Origin: Octopus bimaculoides
Lineage: Eukaryota
Direction: 5' to 3'
Length of the DNA stretch: 64,000 bases
Assembly (NCBI RefSeq): GCF_001194135.2
Contig: NC_068982.1
Coordinates: 38,004,513-38,068,512 of the forward strand
Within the stretch, counting starts at the first letter, position 1. Each line of letters starts with the position of its first letter. The position numbers and the translations under genes were made by a program. Shown one piece after another: positions 11,373 through 23,432 of this stretch. The notes under the pieces were generated by a model that saw only the letters and a list, made by a program, of their open reading frames with translations, did not search any database and had not been told where the DNA came from.

Positions 11373-12734
11373 ACAAAACCTGATTAATTCTTATTTCCTT
11401 CAACATTGCCATAGATAGACGATAGAAATGATTACAGGAAGAGACTTAAATGGCAGGCCAAACATGCCACCTAGTACAACACTACTTCCTGGATTTTAGC
11501 AGAATTTGAATTGTTGCAAGCAGTTGGACATAGTCTCAGGCTGTGCTACTTCTTATCTGCATTTTCCTTATTTCAAGGATTGTTAGAAAGCATTAATGAA
11601 AAAGGTGTTCCAACACAAGTTGCTACCAAATTCAGGATCTTAAACACATGAACACACAGATAATGCTTTGAGAGGCTGGTCTAGCAACCAGTACATAATC
11701 ATATCAATTTTTTGACTTCATCACAAATATCACTTCATAATGAATACATGATTTCATGAGTACCATCTAAAGCCACTGACCATGAACTGGCCTATTCCTG
11801 AGTATCGACATAATGACCAGCAATACACTACGAGTTTCTCTCTCTCTCTCTATTTTTTTTCTGACACCCTTTGGGCGCTTCTTCGCTTTTACTCTGACTT
11901 TGAAAATGAAAGCACACTTAAATATAAAAACAAGACAAAAACAAACTACTAAATAAATTCTTATTAATCTATGTACAATATCTCAATTACTTCTTCCAAT
12001 TTTAATTTATTGTTCTCAGTGATTGTATTCTTTCTGACGGTTATTTTCTTACGATAACTTCACCATAACTTTGCCTTGGTTCACTCTTATGGCCACGTGT
12101 ACCACATGTTCGATGTGAACAATCCGATTTTCTTCAAAAGTTCTATAGTATGGTCATTGTCCTTAGCTTCTATATGAACCTCTCTGTAAATTATAATTTG
12201 AAATGACTATAATAAGTCATGTCAAAAAAGCTAATGAAAAAAAAAAATGACATGCGATAAAGGGAAGAATCGCTAACAAAGCCTTCCAAACTTTAGAAAT
12301 AAAATAAAATTCACCAGATAACTTTATTTACTTTTATGCCAATATCCAAAGGTCCTCATCTTCTACATTTACCAACATGTGAACGACATATTTTAACACT
12401 CCCTGTGACATTTTGATAGAATTACTTTTCCTTTGCCACTAACCAACGTGTATTTGTTTATATGGTGATATTATCCGTTTTGGGATTTATATACATCAAG
12501 ATATTTTCAAATTGTTTAACAGGAAAATGACAATAAACACGCTTAAAATGAGAGGAATGACAATATTTAATAATCTTAGTTTAGGTAATAAATAAAAAGG
12601 ATAACTGTATTAAAAGAGATACCAGAATCGTTAGTGCTATTTCGAGAGAAGTGAACTAAAAAATGTCGAGGTCTATAACGTAAACAATATTAACACTTCT
12701 TTGACTAGATAGGAGTATTTGCTATGTAACATAC

Positions 12735-12833
12735 CTTGCCAGTATCAGATAAATACTTGAGGTGGCTATTTTCCGACAGAATTTTTTGTATCTCTGCAGA
12801 TAATGTTGGTGAATTATTCGTATCGGTAGCCAT
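12735..12833 (-). CDS. SURF2: Surfeit locus protein 2, coding exon 1 (MATDTNNSPTLSAEIQKILSENSHLKYLSDTGK)
   Basis: ATG at 12833-12831, 33 codons, donor AAG|gtatgt. Resembles the recalled SURF2 N-terminus ([20 protein letters not shown]) and splices in frame to exon 2. Confidence 0.9.
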
Positions 12834-12920
12834 CACGCGTGGTGTATAACACGGTGCCGGAAGTATGGATAAAACTTCCGTTTTAAATCTCCATGACAAC
12901 ACGTAATCAATAATATCAAG
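12834..12920. promoter_or_regulatory. Bidirectional promoter SURF2/AXDND1 with two inverted ETS sites and an RFX X-box; probable non-coding AXDND1 exon 1 ending at 12920
   Basis: CCGGAAGT at 12857-12864, ACTTCCGT (ACGGAAGT on minus) at 12874-12881, ATCTCCATGACAAC at 12887-12900, strong donor CAAG|gtgagt at 12920/12921. The region is locally CpG-enriched. Confidence 0.7.
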
Positions 12921-13489
12921 GTGAGTTATTTATTCTTAATTAAAATATTTTTGAGGTATCCCTTTTCACTTCAAGAAAATTCTACGACACGACCTATTTG
13001 ATTTATTTCATTTTCTTTTAATCTTATATTAACTCTGAGTCTTTGGACTGAGGCTAAGCTGAAGTACCTTTTTCAAGGATTCAGACGATCATATTGATTG
13101 AACCGGTACTTAGTTTATGGAGATCGTTTTGTCAAACTGCTAAGTTACGAGACATCAAGAGACCAAAGCCACCCTACAGTCTAAAAACCGATGCAAAATG
13201 GATCACAGACACATACCTATACATATACAACATGTTAGTCCGTCATTGTTGATGACCAACAACATCACATAGGAGAAGAAAACGGGTGACGGTATGTCCA
13301 GCTACGACCGATCAGTCAGATATGTCCCCCACCCCCATTCCAAAACACTTTCACCTGAAAATTTTGTATATTCGGATTCTACATAGTAAATACTATATGC
13401 ATAGAAAATTTCATTAAAAAATATTCATTTTTCTGAAAGTTATGACCTCCCAAAGTCTGGGGGGTAAAACCCTGTAGTTATGCCATGTG

Positions 13490-13915
13490 GTCTACTGGGA
13501 GTGAAGGGAAAGAGTTGGTTCTGGATTTGCGCAGTTTGCGTTTTCCTTGTGTCCCTGCAATCCTGTTTTGTTCATAGGAGGTGACACCTCAGTTGGTTCA
13601 GCTTCACCAGGCAGGGCAGTCTTGTGCTTGTGTTTCCCAGGCGTCGGGGTTAATCTCAAAGCATTTCAGCGAGGCTTTGAGTGTATCCACGAAACACTTT
13701 TACTGTCCACTTTGTTTGTACTTGCCCTCTGTCAGTTCACTCTAAAATAGTCTCTTGGGTGTCGTGTGTCAGGCATTGAAATAAGGTGGCCTGCCCACCT
13801 GACTTATGCTCTCCTCAGTAGTGTGTAGATGGTTGGTAAATCAGCTTAAGAGAGGACCTCTATGTCTGGGACCTTGTCTTGCCAGGTGATTTTCAATAGC
13901 TCTCTCAGGCATGCT
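13490..13915 (-). mobile_element. RTE-BovB-like LINE C-terminal fragment
   Basis: Minus translation CLRELLKITWQDKVPDIEVL...VRWAGHLISMPDTR with stops and frameshifts. Confidence 0.88.
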
Positions 13916-14694
13916 TTCATACATACATACATACATGCATGCGTACGTACGTACGTACGTATGTTACAATTCCTATGTAGTAAATAAATGAAAAGAGGGA
14001 AATGTTCACCACAAGAAGTTGAAACCTGGAAACAAATTTGCTTTGTTTGGTACCTACCTGTATTTTATGATACTTGATATATACTTGCCACACCTTCAAC
14101 CTTCTTTTTTTTGTTGGTTGATTGGTGAACATGGTAAAACATTGGGTTTTATGCCATTCAGCATTTTTTTTCGTATTTGTTTTAGTCATTAGACTTCAAC
14201 CATTCTGGGGCACCCTCTTGAAGAATTTTAGTCAAACCTAATATTTATTTAGAAAAAATCCTGGTACTTATTCTATTAGTTTCTTTTGCTGAACTGCAAA
14301 ATTTATATGATTAAATGATGCAGACATGGCTGCATGGTAAGAAGCTTGCTTTTTAACCACATGGTTCCAGGTTCGGTTCCACTGCATGCCACCTTGGGTA
14401 AGTTCTTTTACTATAGCTTTAGGCTGACCAAAACCTTGTGTGTGGATTTGATAGATGGAAATTGAATGAAGTCTGCCAATATATGTATATATATATATAT
14501 ATAAGTCAGTAAATAGTGGGGTTGTGTTAACCGCACGTGGAGAAATAATAGGAAAATGAAAAAAAGCCAGAATGCTGAACTGGGAGCATAATTTAATAAA
14601 GATTTTTTCTAACCGGTTTTCATTGCGATGAAGCAAATTATCAAGAAGAAGGAGAATGAAAATGTTTTTTTACAAAGAAGTACAAAATGAAGAA

Positions 14695-14736
<42 letters not shown>

Positions 14737-15049
14737 TGTGTCCTTGTGTCTGTGTTTGTCTGCCACCACTGCTTGACTCCTGGTGTTGGTTTGTTTATGT
14801 ATCCATAACTTAGTGGTTTAGCAAAAGTGACCAACAAAATAAGTACCAGGCTTACAAAAAAAAAGTATTGGGGTTGAGTCCCTCAACTAAAAGTTCTTGA
14901 AGGCTGTGCCCGAGCATGGCTGCAGTCTAATGACTGAAACTGATGTAAGTTTAACGATAATAATAAATGCTGTTGTTAATGTATCTAACTATCATTTATT
15001 ATCTATCTAGATTGTTTATTGGTGCAAATCATTCATTAAACTACCTAAA

Positions 15050-15107
15050 ATGCCTACAGAACCAGAGATCATCAAAGAGAAACCCAGTATAGACAACTCA
15101 AGTAAAG
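15050..15107 (+). CDS. AXDND1: Axonemal dynein light chain domain-containing protein 1, first coding exon (MPTEPEIIKEKPSIDNSSK)
   Basis: Acceptor ctag| at 15010, ATG at 15050, donor G|gtatat. The phase joins the next exon (G+AA=E). The start codon is inferred. Confidence 0.65.
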
Positions 15108-15519
15108 GTATATTTCTCTTTTTCTTGACATGCTTTCTATTTTGTGTTGTTTTCTATGCTCCAAAATGTTTGGCTGGGTTTAAAATATTGACATATTTAC
15201 TTTATAAACTGAATATTTCATTGCATTTAAATCAAGGTTCTTGGAGAATATGCTAAAAAATGAAACTACATTAACAAGAAATGCTTAAAATGGAAGTGAC
15301 AACAAGTCTTCTTTTACTTGTTTCAGTCAGTGGACAGCAGCCATGCTGGAGCACCACCTTGAAGGGTTTTAGCCAAACAAATTTATCCCAGTGCTTATTT
15401 TCTTTAAGTCTGGTACTTACTCTATCAGTTCCTTTGGCCAAACCGTTAAGTTATGGGGACATAAACAAACCAACACCAGTTATTATGTAGTGTTGGGAGA
15501 CAAACACAAAGACATGGGG

Positions 15520-15553
<34 letters not shown>

Positions 15554-15683
15554 AACTTACTAAGCGATGATATTTCAGCTCTTTTTCACTCAGTTTTGTT
15601 TAGCATTTGGATATATATTTTTTTTTACTGTGCTGCAAATATCTTTCTATAAAATAGAATATATGTAATTTTTTTTTCACCAG

Positions 15684-15832
15684 AAATTCTTCCTGCTCTT
15701 GGGACACTGCCTAAAACTGAGAATTATTATCTGCCTCAAGAAATTGTCTTTGCTTTGTCTAAACTAGACCAGTCTCCTCATGAAAGCTCCTCAAAGCCAC
15801 CGAAAGATGTTCATGCTATTAAAAATTTGACT
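15684..15832 (+). CDS. AXDND1: AXDND1 exon (ILPALGTLPKTENYYLPQEIVFALSKLDQSPHESSSKPPKDVHAIKNLT)
   Basis: ttttcaccag| ... |gtaagt. LPQEIVFALS resembles recalled human IPKEVLLSLT. Confidence 0.85.
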
Positions 15833-15894
15833 GTAAGTAGAAAAAAATTGTTGATATTTACTTTTTTTTATATTTGTAAAGAGTTTTCATCTAA

Positions 15895-16114
15895 TCCTTT
15901 AACATTCAGATTACTCTGTCAAGTGTAATGCTTATTTATTCACATTGTTTTAAATTAAGCATGCATTATCTTGTACCTTCAAGATTTTGATAATTTGATT
16001 GTTTATTTTTAGATTGACATTGTAGGGTAGATGTGAGAGGCCATACCTGTTCAATTTGAGCATAAAATAGGTAGGACTTTTGAGCCTTATATGGCTGGTT
16101 TAAATGCTAAAGGG
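15895..16114. mobile_element. piggyBac-like MITE (220 bp)
   Basis: Right end AATGCTAAAGGG|TTAA, decayed left end CTAA|TCCTTTAACATT; body alignable with 18648-18867. Confidence 0.8.
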
Positions 16115-17577
16115 TTAAGATTAGTCAAATAGCCCTCTAATCAAACAGACCTATAACATCAATTGCAATGACATTTCTCTTCCTGTATCCAGTTTACTAT
16201 AATTTATTTAAAGAATGGTTAGAGTTCATTATTAGTAGACTTGATGTATTAGAAGCTTGCCTTCTTTTCTATTTTCTTATGCACAAAACTGTTGGTTTAT
16301 TTCACATTTCTTGAAGGAATTGGAATAAATGGTTTTTTTTTTTTTGAAAGCATTAATTTCTATGACACTGAGGTGACACAAGTACGGAAGCTTTGATTTT
16401 TTGGTTTAATTTTCCAGTTATATGAAAAATGCCATTGGGAATGAAAGTGGATGAAAGGTTTCTTTTTTGGTATCTTGATTCAGATACACACATTTCAAAC
16501 AGAAGTATGGTTACAATATTCCTTTTAAATTCCTGTTTGGCTAGATCAATAAATTATGATCAATGAAATAAATACTATGCTCTTCTCAATGTTCCCAAGT
16601 GAGTAATATAACTCAGTTTTGGAGTCATTGGTTTAGATTGTTTGATTGTGTCTAATTAGGATTCTGCTTACCAACATCACATCCTTACTTCTATTGATAA
16701 AAATTCTATTAATAAAAATTCTTGATAATTTTTTCTATTAATCTTGTAATAGGAGAATATTTTGTTTAGTTGAAAGGTGGATGAGAGTCAGTGTGAAGTT
16801 CTAAATACAAAATATCTATTATTGTTAACAAACCGATGTGTTGTCATTGCAACAAATGACAGAACAAGATATTTACACCAAGTGAAACAGTTCATGTAAG
16901 ATGTATGTCAGTAATGATAGTAGCTGTCATTGAGTGAACTGAAGTCACCACTTTCTAGTGTTGAAGTTGAGTGGTGTAAATTCCAGCAGCCATTGATCTT
17001 GGCTGTGTTATGACTACTAACTAGTTAATAGATAAACTATCTATAAATAGCTGATGGTCCCTCAAAGAAAAAGTACCATGGACAAAATTCTTAAAGACAA
17101 ACCCATACATTGTTTAATGTAATTACCCATGCATGGAAGATGAATGTTCAATGGTGATGATGATGAAGAATCTAATGAGTTAAATTTGTGTACATTGTAC
17201 TGCACTTACTAATAGAGACTTGAAATGGTTAATTGCTTGTTGACATCATCAATCCTTGATAGAATCCTGTTTGTGTCATTTAGTCGTTTTCACATCTGAA
17301 TACAGTGATTCAGATTTAGTTCCTAGGCAGTCGGTCGGTGTTTGAATTCTCCTTTCCAAAAGTGTTTCAAACAGCTTCTATCTACTCACATTTACTAAGA
17401 ACATGAATCAATCCTTGGCTATTGAAAATGACATTTACTCAAGTGGAACAGAACCAAACCCTTGTGGATGGTTGTGAAGCAATCTTCTTAACCATTTGGC
17501 CATATTACACTTGTACAATATTTATACAATCATCATAATTAAAATACCATTGATATGCAATTTTTATGTATTTGAAG

Positions 17578-17678
17578 GGTTCTACAAGAAAACGACCTGA
17601 TAATGTATGGCATTATAAAAGAAGAGAAAAGTTCAAACATCTCACTGACAACACTGTGTGCATCTGTGGCTCTGGAAA
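17578..17678 (+). CDS. AXDND1: AXDND1 exon (GSTRKRPDNVWHYKRREKFKHLTDNTVCICGSG)
   Basis: tttgaag| ... |gtgagt. Matches recalled [28 protein letters not shown]. Confidence 0.92.
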
Positions 17679-17895
17679 GTGAGTACCATGAAATTATTAT
17701 CACATGTCATTATAATGTCAGCAGAAGTGGTGTTGCTGTTTAGTTTCTTCTCTTTTATTTTCTAAGTCCAGATTCCATCAGGACTAAATTCTGTCATTTC
17801 TCCTTCATAGTTTGATAAAATAACTATCAGTCAGTAAAACATTTTGACTGCATCTGCAATTTGTACACACAAATGTAGAATATTAGCGACCTTCA

Positions 17896-17912
17896 ACCTC
17901 TCTCTGTCTTAG

Positions 17913-17962
<50 letters not shown>

Positions 17963-18039
17963 TAGTCTACTCCTTTGTCTGTCTGTCTGTCAGTCTAACT
18001 GTCTGTCTGTATGTCTGTCTGTCTCTCTCACTGTCTGTC

Positions 18040-18102
<63 letters not shown>
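17896..18102. repeat. Compound (TC)n/(TGTC)n microsatellite
   Basis: Read directly from the sequence. Confidence 0.98.
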
Positions 18103-18104
<2 letters not shown>

Positions 18105-18504
18105 CCTTGTGCTATAACAAGGAATTATTATCATTATTACTAGTTTGCTAAGAAAGTGGGCTTGATGTTAATGTTGCTTGAGAGCACTGTGTTAGTAGGT
18201 GTGATAAGATGCATGAGTAAAGTGAGAAACAGTTCACTAGAGAATTTGACAGCAACAGGGATTTCATCTAAAATTTCAGTTTTTAAATATGTTGGAGTTT
18301 TTATGAGGACTTTGAGAGGAGTAGAACCAATATCATGTAAAAGTGGTAAAATGTCAAATAGGTTTAAACAAAAAAAAAAAAAAAAAAAAAAGAAAACGAA
18401 AAATCACAAATGAAAGCTGCCTGATAATAATTTTATAATTTACTGGAAAATGTCCTTAAAATATAAAAAAGTCTAAATTTCTTGTATTTGTTTCCTTAAT
18501 TTAG

Positions 18505-18610
18505 GGACATCTCATTTCTATACGATGCCTTACCTCCAGATAAATCAGAAATATATTTTAGAGACCTGGAAAATAAGATGGCTCAGAAAAAAACTGATGA
18601 TAAACTTCAA
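18505..18610 (+). CDS. AXDND1: AXDND1 exon (DISFLYDALPPDKSEIYFRDLENKMAQKKTDDKLQ)
   Basis: aatttag| ... |gtatgt. Contains the conserved DISFLYD motif. Confidence 0.92.
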
Positions 18611-18647
18611 GTATGTATTTTAATTATCCTTTTTTATGTATTTTTAA

Positions 18648-18867
18648 CCCTTTAGCATTCAGATTTCTTTGTCAAGTTTATTGCCTATTTATTCACATTG
18701 TTTTGAATTAATCCAGTATTATCTTGTAGCTTCAAGATTTGAATGATGTGTTTGTATATTTTTAGAATGACATTGTAGGGTAGGTGTGAGAAGCTGGATC
18801 TGGTCAGTTTTAGCATAAAACACATAGACTATTTAGGCTGGTTATGGTCAGTTTAAATACTAAAGGG
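18648..18867. mobile_element. piggyBac-like MITE (220 bp)
   Basis: TTAA|CCCTTTAGCATT ... AATACTAAAGGG|TTAA. Confidence 0.9.
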
Positions 18868-19474
18868 TTAAATTATCTTTTACTTGTTTAACTTATTGGA
18901 CTGTGACCATGCTGGGGCACTGCCTTGAATATTGAGAATCATATACACATATATATATTATTGACCTTTGCTTGTTCACTGGTAGATTGTGGTTTAGCAT
19001 GGTGGTGATGACTCCTTCAAAGTGCTGGGTATTAAAACACCTGAAAGTGATAAACAGGTGAGACAACTCACCCCAAATCCCATTTGAGAACAATGGACAT
19101 CAACGTTTCACCATTTTTTGCTTATCAACATTACGTACTTGAACTGACTTTTGAAAAAAATTTGTTTATCTAAATAAGGCTTGAGGCTACTGTAGCATAA
19201 GAGACTACAAGGAATGTAAAGAAGGGGGCCTATAAATTCAGAAAAAATATCAATTGCTAGGAAGCTTAAAAGGAATGAACATCATAGGCCAGAGGAAAAC
19301 AAGATGATGGTAGTGAGTTTCAGAGAGTAGCAGTTTGCGAAAAATACTTAGTAGAATAAAAGGACTTATGGACTAACAAAAAGCCCAACAAAGAATCAAT
19401 GCACCTGGTAAAAGAAGTGGGTAACATGTTTAAAGTTCTTGACAGAGGGTCCTACATCAGAAGGCTCCTCAGAG

Positions 19475-19632
19475 CAATGACCCTGGAAATATCCAGACTT
19501 ATAGAAAAAGTACAACAAAGATATGATGGGGAAAAAATTTCCTCAAGAAGATCAGGTGAACATGTATGTGAAAATCGCTTTCATGTTGAAGCCAGGTGAA
19601 TTTTACTCAAGAGGAATTAAAAAGCTAGTTTT
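19475..19632 (+). mobile_element. Mariner transposase C-terminal remnant
   Basis: GKKFPQEDQVNMYV...KPGEFYSRGIKKLV resembles the mariner tail (..EFY.RGI.KL). Confidence 0.5.
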
Positions 19633-20805
19633 GCCTCAAACCCTCTGCTATTCTTTCTTAAGTAAAACACAAACCTATGTAACTCCCTCATTGCAAGTAC
19701 TTTTACATTGATGGAAAAACAGAAAATTTAAATCTCCTCAAAGATGTAATGATTGCACTTGATCTAACATTATTTTCACTGATTCATATATACACCACTA
19801 TATTGCACTTGTTCTAATATTGTTTACACTACTTGTACATTAATGAAACGTGTTGTATGTTGGTGGATTCCATCAATAAAATCACGTAAGTCATGAAACA
19901 ACAGTTAAAATGTATCTATAACCAGACATTTTAATTAGTCAGTTTACTTCTTCAAACTCAATCAAGGTCTTCACTCACAAGTATATATCATTTGGTAGCA
20001 TTTTCTGTGCTTTCATTAACTTGTTGCTATTATGCAAAAGTATCTAAGTCCAAAACGTTGCTTTTCCAGAAAACGAAAAAATAGTTCCACCATTCCATTC
20101 CTTTTACATTAGCAACAGTTTCAGCTTAACAATAATACTTTGTTGGGAGCATAAATTGTAACTCCATGCATGAATGATATTTTCAGTCAAAAATATTTTT
20201 GCCAAACTGTAGTATGTGGGGCTTACTACACTTTTGAAAAATGCTAAACCGTTGTACTACACTTTGACAATTTTCATCTGAAGCAGCTGGAGATACGATA
20301 GTTGGACCTTAAGAATCGGCTATTGCAGGCAAAATTAAATATTGAGAAAAAAAAAAAAAAAAAAAAAAAAAAACCGCATTTGGCCAAATTTGGACATACG
20401 ACAGCTTAACATAATAGCAACGAACTTTTTGGGTACCTACACAGTCACATGTAGCTATAGACACTCTCTCGACCTTCCTACCAGCAGAACATTTGGGATG
20501 TGACAGTTGGAGGAATGGGGGATGCAGCAGTACTTGTCTCGAACTCTTTCTCATAAGTGAATGAGAGCAACGTAAAATGAAGTATGAACTGTATTTTCGA
20601 AAGAATTAAAGTAAATTAAAAGTTGCTTCCCTTGCTTAAGTAAGAGTTGCTTACCTTGCAATATTACTCGCTTTCAGCTTTTACTGCCGTTTGAGACGTC
20701 TATTTAATAAATTGATTCCGATTCTATGAAAAATTGAAATATTTGCCAAAAATGAAAATAATTAAATATACAGATAGGCACAGGCGTGGCTGTGTAGCAA
20801 GAAGC

Positions 20806-21037
20806 AAGGCGACGAGCTGGCAGAAACGTTAGCACGCCGGGCAAAATGCTTAGCGGTATTTCGTCTGTCTTTACGTTCTGAGTTCAAATTCCGCCGAGGT
20901 TGACTTCGCCTTTCATCCTTTCGGTGTCGATAAATTAAGTACCAGTTACGCACTGGGGTCGATGTAATCGACTTAATACCTTTGTCTGTCCTTGTTTGTC
21001 CCCTCTATGTTTAGCCCCTTGTGGGCGATAAAGAAAT
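20806..21037 (+). mobile_element. Young tRNA-derived SINE (Nin-domain-like) nested in another SINE
   Basis: AGGCGACGAGCTGGCAGAAACG...GAGTTCAAATTCC (B-box)...GTTGACTTCGCCTTTCATCCTTTCGG; CpG-rich; TSD AAGAAGC at 20799-20805 and 21038-21044. Confidence 0.88.
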
Positions 21038-22465
21038 AAGAAGCTTGCTTCCCAACCACATGGTTCCGGGTTCAGTACCACTGCTTGCACATTTGGCAAG
21101 TGTTTTCTACTATAGTCTTTGGCTGACCAAAGCCTTGTGAGTAGATGAGGTGGACGGAAACTGAAAGAAGCCCGTCGTATATATATATATATATATATAT
21201 ATNNNNNNNNNNTGGAGCCTGGTGTTGCCATCCGGTTTCACCAGTCCTCAATCAAATCGTCCAACCCATGCTAGCATGGAAAGTGGACGTTAAACGATGA
21301 TGATGATGATGATGATGTATATATATATATATATATATATTTGTGTATGTGTTTGTGTCTATGTTTGTCCCCCCATCACCGCTCGACAACCTGTGTTGGT
21401 GTGTTTACGTCCCTGCAACTTAGTGGTTCAGTCAAAGAAACTGAAGAATAAGTACTAGGCTTAAAATTGATAAGTCCTGGGGTCGAATTGTTTGACTAAA
21501 ATCCTTCAAGGCGCTGCTCCAGCATGTCCACTGTCAAATGACAGAAACTAGTAAAAGAATTAAAGAATAAATTAACTAAAATGATCATGATTTCACTCAT
21601 CCATGTTCTCACCCTCCTTTCTTTTCCAACTGGGGTATCCATTGTATCTATTCCACTGGAAGATTGCTATCTCTGTCCCTCTAATCTCACATCAACTGGC
21701 ATGAAGCCATCCTCCTCAGTACTATTCTGCCCCTCCCAGTTGAGGGATTTTTGCCTTGCAAATTACTTGATGACCCTGTCAGTGATGGTGCTATGTAAAA
21801 AGCATTGGTGTCGGTGCTACATAAAAAGCACTGCTAATGGTGCCATGTAAAAATCACCCAGTCCCCTCTGTAAAGTGGTTGACGTCAGGAAGGGCATCCA
21901 GCTGTAAGAAGTATGCCAAAACAGACAGTGGAGCTTGATGCAGTCCCATAGCCTGTAAATTGTCCTGCTAAATCGTCCAACCCATGCCGGCATGGAAGAT
22001 GGACGTTAAATGATGGTGAATGATGAAACGAAATTAGAAAAAGAGTAATCAAATTGAGGTTTATATTTCTATGTGTGTATTCCTTTAACAATAAGTTTAA
22101 ACATGGATTTATTGAGGTTGGCTCCAGCTACTACTAGGAAGTCAGAGATGTTTGCAAATCTTCCCATTTAGAGTTAGTTGCTTAAAAGCTACACACTAGC
22201 CTAAAAACCGCACAATAGGACAGCTTTTAAGCTAGTGCATACATACATACAAAAATATCCTGTTGTTGATGTTGAAATTCCAATAAGGCAGCCTTGGATC
22301 TTTCTTTATTTGCTAGAAATCTTGAAATAAAACTGAACAATGTCATACATACATACATATATGTTTGTATGTATATGTCTGTATATGAACATGTGTGTGT
22401 GAGTTTTCACCAGTATGTTTTAATATGATGAGATAATTAATGTGATTTTAAAAAATTAATTGCAG

Positions 22466-22542
22466 TTGCCTTTTGAATTGTGTCCTGACGAATATTACTT
22501 TGTGAGTAAAAAAGGAGTGAAATCTTTGAAAATTCAAGATGA
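22466..22542 (+). CDS. AXDND1: AXDND1 exon (LPFELCPDEYYFVSKKGVKSLKIQD)
   Basis: attgcag| ... |gtaaga. Matches recalled [22 protein letters not shown]. Confidence 0.9.
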
Positions 22543-23151
22543 GTAAGAAATTTACCCAATTTTGATGTTTTCTAAATACCTAAGTTGATTCACTTACTTC
22601 ATAAGACCCATCACATCATCTGTACCAAAATAAGTATGTTATTTTAAAATCTGAAGAAAAAAACTTAAAAATATGTGTGTGTACACTTAGCCTTCATTCA
22701 CAAGTAGGTATGACTTTCACTAATTGCCTTTTGGCATCTATGTAGTTGTGAGTAGACATAGATACTTTCTTGGCTCTCCTGCTCTGGATCCAACAGATCA
22801 TCAAAGCTCTGACTGATGAAAGGAGAGCTGACTGCACCAGCAGTGATCTTGTACTCATTTTCAGCTGGCTGAAGGGAATAATATGAAAGGATACACTTGG
22901 TGTCCAGGAATCAAGCCCACGATCTTATGATCATAATCCCCAAACTCTAACTATTAGGCTACAAAAAACCCAGCTTGATCTATGAATAAATATTAGAAAT
23001 AATTTCTGTCATTTTACTAAACTCCTCTAAGTTACTGAATATTTTGAAAATTAACTGGAAGTCATAAATAATCTGTTCTTGCTACAAATATGTATTGCTC
23101 CTGAGCACTGAATACAATAAGCTCATTATTATTTTTATGAACATTAGCTGT

Positions 23152-23244
23152 GCCCACATAGCTCAGTTGGTAGAATATCAGACTTTTTAAAGATTGTTTC
23201 TAAGAAGTAATCTAAGGGTCATGGGTTTGAGTCTCTTGTGGGCA
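23152..23244 (+). pseudogene. Intron-containing tRNA-Lys(TTT)-like pseudogene
   Basis: GCCCACA/TGTGGGC perfect acceptor stem, TAGCTCAGTTGGTAGA A-box, TCAGACTTTT anticodon arm, about 20 nt insertion 3' of the anticodon, then AATCTAAGGGTC. D-, anticodon- and T-arm mismatches, and TTC changed to TTT. Confidence 0.75.
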
Positions 23245-23375
23245 ACAGCAGTTTAAGGAGAAAGAATCATTTTTATGAACATGACAAGGAGTCATATAAT
23301 TTTGAAGTTATTTCATGTAAAGTCTTTTGGAACAGAACATAATGAAGAATGATATTCTGTTTATATTTTAAATAG

Positions 23376-23432
23376 AACTTACAAAACACTGACTGAAGAC
23401 CACACAAAGCATCTCACACAGTTTCCATCTCT
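23376..23432 (+). CDS. AXDND1: AXDND1 exon (TYKTLTEDHTKHLTQFPS)
   Basis: aaatag| ... |gtaagt. Matches recalled KYTTLLTDSENRLLLFPSM; phases fit both neighbours. The start may be off by one base from manual counting. Confidence 0.85.
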
